Positions 19,768 to 28,670 of a stretch of DNA of 64,000 nt are shown here, in pieces (position 1 is the stretch's first letter; each line of letters opens with the position of its first letter). The notes beneath the pieces were generated by a model that had not been told where the DNA came from, made no database searches, and was given only the letters and a program-made list of their open reading frames with translations. The translations under genes were made by a program, and so were the position numbers. The stretch is from an uncultured Phycisphaerales bacterium (GTDB lineage Bacteria > Planctomycetota > Phycisphaerae > Sedimentisphaerales > Anaerobacaceae), in contig CAVYYI010000003.1 of the NCBI GenBank assembly GCA_963772725.1, positions 736,001-800,000 on the forward strand, read 5' to 3'.

Positions 19768-21222
19768 ATGACATATTTTATAATATTGGTTTTGACGATG
19801 TTGTTTTTTGCGGTGCTGGGTTATAAAAAGCCTGTGGTGGCACTAGTTACATTGCCGATTGTGTGTATCGCATTGGGAGTGATTGCTGTTGACAATGAGT
19901 CGCCTGAATGGCTGATATTTATCGCCTTTATATTTCTCTTAGGTTTGATAGCGATTGCGCTTTCTGAAAGCGAGCCTGACTTTGAGCGTTTGCCACAGCA
20001 GATAGCGAGATGGACGCTTTTAACTATAGTTTTTCTATTGGCAGTAATAACGGGTTTTGCGGTATTTGGGGGATGGGGTATTCTGGTGTTATTTGGTATC
20101 TGTGTGCTGGCGGCGACGTTAATAGGTTATGGTTTAAGCTCACGATACGCGACGGCGGCTTATATTCTCACGACAATCGGGGCGAGTATGCGGCAGAACC
20201 TGCCTTTACCGATGGCACTGGAAACCGCGGCCCAGGGCCAGAAAGATATTCGCGCAAGAACACTGCGGCGGATAAAAAAGTGGCTTGTGCAAGGTTATTC
20301 GTTGAGCGAATCGCTCAAACGCGGCTATCCAAAATGTCCAGGCTACGCGGTCGCGATGATAACGGCGGCGGAACGGATTAATCAGCTTCCCTTTGCGTTT
20401 AAGGCCCTCGAGGCAGATATTGTTGAAAAGGCTGATGAGAGGAAAAGAATACGACCTGTACATCCTTTTTATCCTGTGTTGGTGATAACTGTTATTACAA
20501 CTATGGTAATCTTAATGGCAAAATTTGTCGTACCAACATATCTTACTGTTATTAAAGAGAATTTTGAAGGAGCTGAATTGCCGGCCGTAACCCAATTCCT
20601 GATGAAAATAATATCACCGATATTCTGGCAATCCGCTATCTTCTGGATTGTGTTGGGCCTTATAATTCTCATTAGCATTCCTGCTGCGATTCGGATAAGG
20701 TTTAGGCCTCGCAGGCCCGAAAAGCCTTATATGATTTCAAGGCTCTTCGATTTTATAAAATGGCATCTGCCGGTTCTGCACTGGTTTGAAAATAATTACT
20801 CGATAGTTCAGGCGATTGAGATATTGCGGCTGTCATTAAATGCCGGTGTTACGGTCAATCAGGCGATTGCCAATACCATTGGGCTGGATGTTAATAACTG
20901 TTTCAAAAAGCGGCTGCGAAACTGGCTCGAAAAGGTGGAAGCGGGGGAGAATATCTCTGCCGCCGCCCGTGAGAGTAAACTCGGCAGCACAATCGCATGG
21001 GCGTTTGACGCGGATGTCAATCAGGGTAATACATTGACGATTCTCGAAATGCTTGAGGAGTTTTACCGCTCCAATTACAGTTACAGGGTCAACCTCGCGA
21101 GGTTCATATTGTGGCCGTGCGTAACGATTATGCTCGGATTAATTGTCGGATTTGTGGTTTATGCGTTTTTTTCTCCGATGGTTTATATCATTAACCATCT
21201 GGCTGATATGGTAACACCGTAA
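19768..21222 (+). CDS. Second GspF/PilC-like protein with extra N-terminal TM helices
   Basis: NLPLPMAL, QGYSLSESL, C-terminal VVYAFFSPM. Confidence 0.85.
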   Translation: MTYFIILVLTMLFFAVLGYKKPVVALVTLPIVCIALGVIAVDNESPEWLIFIAFIFLLGLIAIALSESEPDFERLPQQIARWTLLTIVFLLAVITGFAVFGGWGILVLFGICVLAATLIGYGLSSRYATAAYILTTIGASMRQNLPLPMALETAAQGQKDIRARTLRRIKKWLVQGYSLSESLKRGYPKCPGYAVAMITAAERINQLPFAFKALEADIVEKADERKRIRPVHPFYPVLVITVITTMVILMAKFVVPTYLTVIKENFEGAELPAVTQFLMKIISPIFWQSAIFWIVLGLIILISIPAAIRIRFRPRRPEKPYMISRLFDFIKWHLPVLHWFENNYSIVQAIEILRLSLNAGVTVNQAIANTIGLDVNNCFKKRLRNWLEKVEAGENISAAARESKLGSTIAWAFDADVNQGNTLTILEMLEEFYRSNYSYRVNLARFILWPCVTIMLGLIVGFVVYAFFSPMVYIINHLADMVTP

Positions 21223-21236
21223 AACGGAGTAAAACT

Positions 21237-21611
21237 GTGGCTGATAAAAAGAAAAAGTATCGCGGTTTTTTATTAACAGAACTGGCGATTTCGCTGAGTC
21301 TTCTGGGGATTCTTATGGTCTGCCTGGGGGTAACTTTGAGCGATTTTGGCAAGTTCAATCAGTATCAGCTTGTAAAGCAGCGATGTGTTGCCGCAGCGCA
21401 GGCGGAGTTGGACAGTTTCGCTGCGACGGGCGGGGCGATTGATGAGAAGGATTTTAAAAGGCTTTGGCCCAGACTTGATGTTTCAATCGAGCAATCACAG
21501 GGCGATGGTCAATGGGAAGGGCTGAAGTTAGTAAAGGTGCGCACGAATGGCGATTATCCCGGCGGAAAAGTGAAAGTTGAATTATGCAGATATATTGCGA
21601 TAAAAAATTGA
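21237..21611 (+). CDS. Prepilin/pseudopilin
   Basis: Class III signal peptide RG|FLLTEL plus hydrophobic helix. Confidence 0.8.
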   Translation: MADKKKKYRGFLLTELAISLSLLGILMVCLGVTLSDFGKFNQYQLVKQRCVAAAQAELDSFAATGGAIDEKDFKRLWPRLDVSIEQSQGDGQWEGLKLVKVRTNGDYPGGKVKVELCRYIAIKN

Positions 21612-22114
21612 GTAAGACGCAAAAAGGTTATTCGCTCATAGAATTGCTGGCGGTGTTGAGCGTCATGGTAATATTGTCGGTTGTTCTGGCGGGATTTACC
21701 ACGACGACGCTGCGGGATATTCCCCGCTCTCTAAGAATTATGCAGGCTAATACCGTTATGCTGAATATGCTCCAGCAATTGAACAAAGATATAGATCCCG
21801 CCGATGAACTTCCCGATGCGTTCGAGCAATACAAAGCGGGTACAGAAATGTTTTTGATTAAATCATCGGGGGGCGTAGTTCGGTATCAGTTTAATGACGG
21901 ACAGGTCTCGCGGCAGAATTTGAACACCGGCGATACGCAGAAATGGCCTATTCCGCACGGCAGGATTGAATGGAAGGCACTACGGAAAGACGACAAAAAC
22001 TACGCTATCGAAATTACGACTTATATAGAGCAAAAGCAGGGCGAACGTATCGGAAAGAAGATGGAAAATTCGCACGTGTTTTTTGCGGGTATCTTTAAAG
22101 AGGCGGCTAAATGA
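21608..22114 (+). CDS. Prepilin/pseudopilin
   Basis: KG|YSLIELL; likely TTG start overlapping the previous stop. Confidence 0.8.
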   Translation: MSKTQKGYSLIELLAVLSVMVILSVVLAGFTTTTLRDIPRSLRIMQANTVMLNMLQQLNKDIDPADELPDAFEQYKAGTEMFLIKSSGGVVRYQFNDGQVSRQNLNTGDTQKWPIPHGRIEWKALRKDDKNYAIEITTYIEQKQGERIGKKMENSHVFFAGIFKEAAK

Positions 22115-22470
22115 AAAACTCAAGGCAAAAAGGTTTTGTAATGATATTTATCATAACGCTGCTGGCGTTAATCGCGGCGGAAGTATATGTTTTGGCAGGC
22201 GGAGCGAACGTGATTATGTTCCAGGCGAACAATGCTTATCTGCGGGCATGTGAGCGGAACCTTGCGGCGAGCGCAGCGGCGTGGGCGGAGAAAAATCAGA
22301 ATAAAAAAAATCTTCCTGGCAGGATAGAGCTGGATATTAAGAGTATGGATATTCCCAGGGCAAAACTGGATGTCAGCATAAAAAAGCCGCAGAACAAAAA
22401 AACTGCTATTGAGATAAATACCTCAGTCAGTTATGGCCGCAACACCATTAGACGCCATTATAAATTTTAG
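22111..22470 (+). CDS. GspK/PilX-like pseudopilin
   Basis: KG|FVMIF, lacking Glu5 as in GspK/PilX. Confidence 0.7.
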   Translation: MKNSRQKGFVMIFIITLLALIAAEVYVLAGGANVIMFQANNAYLRACERNLAASAAAWAEKNQNKKNLPGRIELDIKSMDIPRAKLDVSIKKPQNKKTAIEINTSVSYGRNTIRRHYKF

Positions 22471-22547
22471 CCAATTATCATTCTTCTTCAAAAATCAGGA
22501 CCCCAACTTTTAAGGAAAAAGAAATAGCAGAATAAGGTTTTTACTTA

Positions 22548-22973
22548 TTGAGGGTCCATCCGAAAAATAGTACTTTCGTTGTGTACGAGCGGTCGATGCA
22601 AATTAATATGAATTTGAAAGGGCACAAGATGTTTATTACTATCGCGTTGATATGTTTTGCAATCGCAGCCATTTTAGGCATTACATTCGTTGTAAAGTAT
22701 AGTTCCAGCGGCAGCCTCTCAACCCCCATAGCATTATCGCATGGCCTCTTCGGTGCCTTAGGACTCATCAATCTTATTATCGCCGCTGCTAAGGGCATGA
22801 CATCCACCGTCGGCAATATAGCTCTTGTAATTTTTGTCATCGCAGCGATTGGCGGATTCATCCTCATCACAAATCATCTCAAAAAAGGCTCACTGCCTAA
22901 ACCGCTTATTGCCATCCATGCCGCCGCGGCTGTAATAGCCTTTTTACTCCTGATATTTGGTTCTCTGGCTTAA
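22548..22973 (+). CDS. Small 4-TM membrane protein with paired His (possibly heme-binding)
   Basis: IALSHGLFG and IAIHAAAA repeats; true start probably later (MFIT). Confidence 0.6.
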   Translation: MRVHPKNSTFVVYERSMQINMNLKGHKMFITIALICFAIAAILGITFVVKYSSSGSLSTPIALSHGLFGALGLINLIIAAAKGMTSTVGNIALVIFVIAAIGGFILITNHLKKGSLPKPLIAIHAAAAVIAFLLLIFGSLA

Positions 22974-22998
22974 AATCCTATAATTATTTATTTTTTCA

Positions 22999-24295
22999 AT
23001 GACACAATTAAAATTAACAAAACCTTTTCTCGTTGTGTACTTGTTGTTAATAATATCGCCCGTCCTCGCCATTAACTGGCTTACGATTAAAGACTTGTCA
23101 GCTTTATTTGTAAATCTGGGTAAAGCCGCTGGCCTGATTGCTTTCGTCATTCTCGTCATCCAGGCCGTTCTCACCACGCGACTTAAAATCCTCGATAGAA
23201 TTTTTGCTATCGATAAACTCACCAATTTTCATAAATCAATGGGTATTGTCATTATCATCCTGCTTATTATCCATGTGTCACTTTTAATCGCAGGTTTTAA
23301 AAATCCTGCGATGCTCTCAGCTCACACATCATGGGAAATCAATTTGGGAAAGACCGCAATCGGTCTGGCTTTTATTACTGTAACGCTCGCGGCAACATTC
23401 CAGGCCTTTGGCATTGATTACAATATTTGGCGGCTCAGCCACAAAACCGCATTAGCCATTATCGCACTTGCCTTTTTACATTCCTACTTCATCGGGCCGG
23501 AACTCCACAGCCAACAAATGAAAATTCTCTGGTGGATACTCATCCTTGTCGGTTTTTCAGCTGCGATTTATCGAAATTTATATATCCCCTTTTTCTTACG
23601 CAAAAGCTATATCGTAAATTCCGTCATCCCACAGACCTACAACACATATACAATATCCTTGTCTCCGGAGGATGGTGAAATCTGTCCCTATAAACCCGGC
23701 CAATTTATCTTCTTAAAATTAAAGCGCCCCGGTAGAAAAAGTGAAATTCATCCTTTCACCCTTTCATCGTCTCCTGCACAAACCGGCATTTTGCAGGTCA
23801 CAATAAAAAAATCCGGCAACTTTACAAACACTATTGACCAGACAATCGCCGGTGACAAAGCTCTCATCGAAGGCCCTTATGGACAATTCAGTTTTCTCAA
23901 TATCCATCTCAACACTCTCTTTTTCATTGCTGGCGGCGTTGGCATCACACCTTTTATGAGCATGATTAAATACCTTCGCGACACCGGCGATTCCAGAAAG
24001 GTAACCATCCTTTACGCTAACAGAACTCAGAAAGACATCATTTTTAATAACGAACTTGAAACACTACCCCAAAACATTAAAGTCGTCCACATCCTCTCAA
24101 ACCCTGACCACTCCTGGACAGGTCTTAAAGGCTATATTACAAAAGATACAATCTATAACTACGCTAACGACTTTCTCCAAAATTGCGAAGTCTTTCTTTG
24201 CGGCCCGCCGCCTATGATGAAAAAAATGTTAACTTTTCTTAAAGAGACTCAATATTCCCGCCTCCCGAATACACTACGAACGCTTTTCTATTTAA
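22999..24295 (+). CDS. Ferric reductase-like TM domain plus FAD/NAD(P)-binding oxidoreductase, frameshift near 24247
   Basis: TM His pairs, HPFTLSS, IAGGVGITP, FLCGPPPM; the alternate frame ends IHYERFSI*. Confidence 0.88.
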
Positions 24296-24461
24296 ACAAT
24301 ACCTTAGACCGATTTATGACCAACCAATGGTATAACTAATTATATTAAAACTGCTTATACAAAACGAAAATGATGTCTATATTATCAGAAGCGTAACAGG
24401 GCTTCATATACCAGTCGAAGGAGAAAAGTCATTCGACTAAATACCTCATAGCGATGTCATA

Positions 24462-25100
24462 TTAGGAATTAGCATTTAGGATTTTTATAACGGCAAGCGT
24501 ATAGATAGGTCTTTGCTGTTTTAGATACTTTCTTTCGAAGTTGGAGCCGACCCATTCGCCTTTGTCGGCGCCGGCGGCAGGGTAAAAATCAATCTCCTTA
24601 AGAATGCCGCTGCATCCGGAGATGACTCTTTTCATCTGTTCAAAATAATCGGCGTGGTCGGTGGCGAGCCTGATTTGCCCCTCGCTTTTAAGGCAGCGAA
24701 TAAGCTGCAGAAGATTGGCCTCTTTTATGAATCGTCTTTTGTTGTGATGCTTTTTAGGCCAGGGGTCGGGAAAATAGATATGAAAACAATCCACGGATTC
24801 GTCCGGCACGGATTCAGCAACAAAAACCGCCGCGTCGGTGCGTAGAAGTCTGACATTTTTGAGATTCCAGCGTCCGATACGGTCAACGGCATAACGGTAA
24901 AATCTGTTCGCCCATTCGATGCCCAGAAAATCAATCTCCGGGGAGGTCTTGGCCTGATTTATCAGAAAGGTCGCTCTGCCGGAACCAACTTCTATATGGA
25001 CGGGCGCGGAACGTCCGAAAACCTGCGCAAAACTTATTTTGCCCTGTAAATCTTCGGGCTTCAGGCTTATTTGCGGATAATCCATTAAAATTCGTGCCAT
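24462..25100 (-). CDS. trmB: tRNA (guanine-N7)-methyltransferase
   Basis: EVGSG, GIE, YFPDPWPKKHHNKRR, ATD, SNFERKY. Confidence 0.95.
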   Translation of the reverse strand: MARILMDYPQISLKPEDLQGKISFAQVFGRSAPVHIEVGSGRATFLINQAKTSPEIDFLGIEWANRFYRYAVDRIGRWNLKNVRLLRTDAAVFVAESVPDESVDCFHIYFPDPWPKKHHNKRRFIKEANLLQLIRCLKSEGQIRLATDHADYFEQMKRVISGCSGILKEIDFYPAAGADKGEWVGSNFERKYLKQQRPIYTLAVIKILNANS

Positions 25101-25377
25101 CTGCCAAAACAACTCCGAAAAATACACTGTTTTTGCTTATAAAGTGTTAAAACCGGCTGTTATTATAACATTTAAAGGTTATTTGGTGAACCCGCAAACC
25201 GCCTTTTGAGATTTTTTTCTTAAAGCAAATGCGAAAGGCATTCGATAAAACCTATGAACTGCTTTTTAATATAAACGTAATGGTTATAGGAAACGAACAG
25301 TCAGACGGAAGCGGAATATATATTAGGGAATTTGGGAGTTTTTCCGAAAAACCTGAAAAATAAAAAAGGCAAAAGCA

Positions 25378-26130
25378 ATGATTCGCCAGTTAATCAAATC
25401 AAGGCGTAAATATGTTCTCATCGAGATAGATACGCAGAAAGACTTCTTTTTTACTGACGGCACAGCGTGTGTAAAAAACCATAAAAGGATTTTGTCAAAT
25501 ATTCGCAGGCTAATTGCCTGGGCCCGTTACCGGAAAGTGCCGGTAATTTCGATATGCGAAATACGCTCCGGCCATAACGGTGAGGCTGTTAATTACTGTA
25601 TCGAAGGGACCGACGGCCAGAAGAAGATACATTATACCCTGCTTCCCAACAGGGCAACTTTCACCGCGGACAGCAACCCCGATTTGCCCAGAGACATATT
25701 GCGGCAATACAGCCAGGTTATCCTGCATAAGCGCTGCGTTGACCCGTTCGATGAGCCGAGAATAGAGCGGCTGCTCAGCGAGGTGGACGCGGGCGAGTTT
25801 GTTTTGATAGGCGCAGGCGCAGAGAGTGCTATTAAAGCTACTGCCCTGGGGCTTCTGCAACGAGGCAAAAGGGTGCGCATCGTCATTGATGCCGCTGGTA
25901 TGCACAATAAAAGAGATGCAACGCTCGCTCTTCGCAAGATAAGAGCCAAAGGCGCAAAACTTACAGAGACTAAAAACCTCGCGGGGACTTCTCATCTCAA
26001 ATCGCCCTCAGCCTGCGAGTGTATGAACTGCAGAAGCGAGAAAATGCCCCTGAAACTCGTGCGGAATATTAAGATTTTGCAGTACCTGCAAAGCAAGAGG
26101 GGGCGGGAAACCCGCAATTCTACATATTAA
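25378..26130 (+). CDS. Isochorismatase/nicotinamidase-like protein, possibly non-catalytic
   Basis: IDTQKDFF, CIEGTDGQ; the usual catalytic Cys position reads AGAESAI. Confidence 0.75.
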   Translation: MIRQLIKSRRKYVLIEIDTQKDFFFTDGTACVKNHKRILSNIRRLIAWARYRKVPVISICEIRSGHNGEAVNYCIEGTDGQKKIHYTLLPNRATFTADSNPDLPRDILRQYSQVILHKRCVDPFDEPRIERLLSEVDAGEFVLIGAGAESAIKATALGLLQRGKRVRIVIDAAGMHNKRDATLALRKIRAKGAKLTETKNLAGTSHLKSPSACECMNCRSEKMPLKLVRNIKILQYLQSKRGRETRNSTY

Positions 26131-26148
26131 ACTTTGATTCTCTGAACT

Positions 26149-26175
26149 CTCAAACTGACCATCGGTCAGTTTGAG
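26149..26175. repeat. Perfect hairpin CTCAAACTGACC-ATC-GGTCAGTTTGAG
   Basis: 12-bp stem; same family as the 4189/4358 inverted repeats. Confidence 0.75.
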
Positions 26176-26188
26176 CGAAAGGTATTTT

Positions 26189-26367
26189 GTAATGGGTCAG
26201 TTATGGGTGGGCAGGTGCATGTTATGATGAGTCGGGACGGAAGAGAACTTTGGAAAGGTCTATATCAGGCTGTTCGGCAAATTTGTTGAGAGCAGACTTG
26301 AAGGCATCAACAACATCCGGACATCTTTTTCGCATAGTATGTAATACCGTCATAAGAATCTCACGCG
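26189..26367 (-). mobile_element. IS66 right-end remnant (about 180 bp)
   Basis: Near-identical reverse complement of 43186-43364, including the terminal IR GTAATGGGTCAGTTATGGGTGGG. Confidence 0.92.
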
Positions 26368-26436
26368 GTAATCGCGACAAGCGAAGCGGCGCTTTATGCC
26401 AACATCATTCTCAAAAAGGGCGTGATTAAGTCGTAA
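26365..26436 (+). pseudogene. 3' remnant of a FucU/RbsD-family gene
   Basis: Reads AVIATSEAALYANIILKKGVIKS*, the typical fucose mutarotase C-terminus. Confidence 0.75.
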
Positions 26437-26466
26437 AACACTTTTTGCCCCATTAAACAATCACCC

Positions 26467-26494
26467 AAAAGCCCCTTTTATGAGGGGCTTTTTT
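26467..26494 (+). terminator. Intrinsic terminator, probably bidirectional
   Basis: AAAAGCCCCT-TTTATG-AGGGGCTTTTTT. Confidence 0.8.
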
Positions 26495-26596
26495 ATTTAC
26501 TTATGGTTTGCAGTTCGTAATCGAGGCTTTACATTATTTTAAGGTTTGTCCTTGCAATTTGCCGCCGGGGGTATTAAACTATCGTCTTGATTCTAA

Positions 26597-26679
26597 GGGT
26601 CGGTGCCCGAGTGGCCAAAGGGGATGGGCTGTAAACCCATTGGCGTAAGCCTACGTTGGTTCGACTCCAACCCGGCCCA
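26597..26679 (+). tRNA. tRNA-Tyr (GUA)
   Basis: Cloverleaf with anticodon arm ATGGG-CTGTAAA-CCCAT, long variable arm and GGTTCGACTCC; CCA not encoded. Confidence 0.95.
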
Positions 26680-26747
26680 TTTGTTGTCGTTTTGCACACT
26701 CTCGCGAGGTGTCGCAAATTCGTGCTTATTTTCGCGACCACAAGAAC

Positions 26748-27236
26748 TTATAGCATGTTCATCTTGTGTATCGTGCAAGGCTGTTCAGTGTGTTGCTGCG
26801 CCGCATTTTGCGACTTTTCCTGCGCCTCTTTTTCAGCCTCATTTACAGCTATTGGCAACCGTGACATTGGCCATGACTCATTAGTACCACCGTCGGGGCT
26901 TCGCCGCATATTCGCCGCAAAATCATTCAGCCTTGTTCCGCCTGATACAGGATTTTTTAACATAGCATCATGAAAAACCGGTAAAAGTTCCGAAGAAAGA
27001 CAAACTTCATATTCTTTGTGCTGTTCTTCCCGCCATATCGAGCGGTAAGCCCAGTTCGGGTCATGATGATGGTCGTCATCATCATCGTCGCAACTGATGA
27101 ACACAGAAAGCACACACATCATGCAAAATACCCCCTTTGTTATCATACGCTTCATCTTGTTATCTGGATTTCCCATATTGTATCCCCTGCTAAACAGCCA
27201 AACCTTCCAATTTTGCGATAATACCAAAATCTTCAT
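26748..27236 (-). CDS. Hypothetical putative lipoprotein
   Basis: Hydrophobic stretch then FIS-C followed by DDDDDDHHHD; start uncertain. Confidence 0.4.
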   Translation of the reverse strand: MKILVLSQNWKVWLFSRGYNMGNPDNKMKRMITKGVFCMMCVLSVFISCDDDDDDHHHDPNWAYRSIWREEQHKEYEVCLSSELLPVFHDAMLKNPVSGGTRLNDFAANMRRSPDGGTNESWPMSRLPIAVNEAEKEAQEKSQNAAQQHTEQPCTIHKMNML

Positions 27237-27645
27237 CGGATTACAATAATCAGTCTATGAAAAACTGTAGTTAGTATCAAGAGCAAAAGGATTGTTATAA
27301 TAAAAGCCCCTTATACAATCCCACTACCCCTTAGCCAGGATAACTGTGGTTGTGTTGGTTAAAAGCCCGTAGCGGCCGGATTCTTGGCTGAACAGAGGTC
27401 AATATTCCCTGGAAAGTTAATTTTCCAAATTCTTTATCTTCATCTGAAAAGTTTTGCATACGCATTATTGTACCTATCCTTAATGATTGCTCAAACCCGG
27501 GTCAGGTAAACTGGCATCTTCAGCAAATATAATAAAGAAAATCATCACAGAGACCGACAATATTAACGAGTACAGATTATAACAGCAGTTTGACTATTTT
27601 TAACTATTTATGAAGTTTCTTACATTATTTTGAAAGGATTTTAAA

Positions 27646-27717
27646 ATGACTTGCGGAAAAAAAGGCTGTGGAACTAAAAAAGTGGCCAAAAAGGGTAAAA
27701 AGAAAACCAAGAAGTAA
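27646..27717 (+). CDS. 23-aa Lys-rich peptide MTCGKKGCGTKKVAKKGKKKTKK
   Basis: AAAGGA RBS upstream; hairpin TCTCC..GGAGA with T-rich tail downstream; below the ORF-track cutoff. Confidence 0.6.
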   Translation: MTCGKKGCGTKKVAKKGKKKTKK

Positions 27718-27913
27718 ACTCAGTATTTTGCTTTCTCTCCTCCTTTTTAGAGTGGTTGCGTACTAAAGGGGGAGATATTTTCATTTTTTGCTGCGAACCG
27801 CATTATAAGCCTCAGCCATTGTTTCAATCGAAGGCTGCAAATACTCAGAAGCGGCCTTCAGGCTCCTGTGACGCGTCTGGTTTTGAACAGCAGGTAGAAG
27901 AAAGGGGAAAACA

Positions 27914-28612
27914 ATGTCTAATATAGATATAGAGACCATTAAATATTATGGAAGAAAAAGGATACATGTAAGAGCCTGGATTGGTATGCTTTTGCTTTTA
28001 GCTTTTGACCTTTCGATAAATATGGATATTAGCCAGGCAAGTCTCGCATGCCTGCTTATTCTCATTATAGCGTTGATTGTTAAAGAGGGGAAATTATCTA
28101 ACAAGATAGCCGCAATTAAGTATATTGATGAATGTATAGAGAACAGATGCAGCGAATACAAGCGAGCTGATGAAATGCTTGCCAAGCTGCTTTCTGAACC
28201 GATGGCCCGCAATGAGCGGCAGCAGGATATTGACCAGCGGCTGAAACAACTTGAGCAATACCGTGACCAAATCGAGCAGCAACTTGAACAGCATCGCTCT
28301 CAACTAACTAAAGCCAATGAACAACTGGAGCTGCAGGTCAAAGAATATAAGAACGCAGAGCAAAAACTTTGCGAGTATCACACTCAGCTTGAGCAGCAGG
28401 CCTCTGAGTTGGCCATGGTTAAAGAGTACAAGAGGCAGCGAGCAGAGGGGCAGAACACACTTATAAAAATAGTGACTGAAGATAATAAGAATATGATGAA
28501 AACCAGTGGTGAGCCAAAAAGGAAGCATATAAAATTGATGAGTTATGCTCGGCCAGATAGCACGGAAGAACTTAGGAAACTGGCTGAAATGGCCAAACGC
28601 CTATCTAAATAG
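27914..28612 (+). CDS. Membrane-anchored coiled-coil protein
   Basis: Two N-terminal TM segments and Q/E/L heptads; its stop codon overlaps an IS5 end. Confidence 0.65.
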   Translation: MSNIDIETIKYYGRKRIHVRAWIGMLLLLAFDLSINMDISQASLACLLILIIALIVKEGKLSNKIAAIKYIDECIENRCSEYKRADEMLAKLLSEPMARNERQQDIDQRLKQLEQYRDQIEQQLEQHRSQLTKANEQLELQVKEYKNAEQKLCEYHTQLEQQASELAMVKEYKRQRAEGQNTLIKIVTEDNKNMMKTSGEPKRKHIKLMSYARPDSTEELRKLAEMAKRLSK

Positions 28613-28632
28613 TCGTCCCTGAAAAATAATTT
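28612..28632 (+). mobile_element. Solo IS5 left end
   Basis: GTCGTCCCTGAAAAATAATTT is identical to 5625-5645 and is preceded by the target-like TAAATA. Confidence 0.85.
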
Positions 28633-28670
28633 CGTAAACGGCAAAGACCAATCTTGGTCGGTTCAATATT

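Noticed and set aside
27320..27400. Possible structured RNA (AGCCAGGA...TCTTGGCT pairing)
   Set aside because: Only one short imperfect stem and no family motif I recognise.
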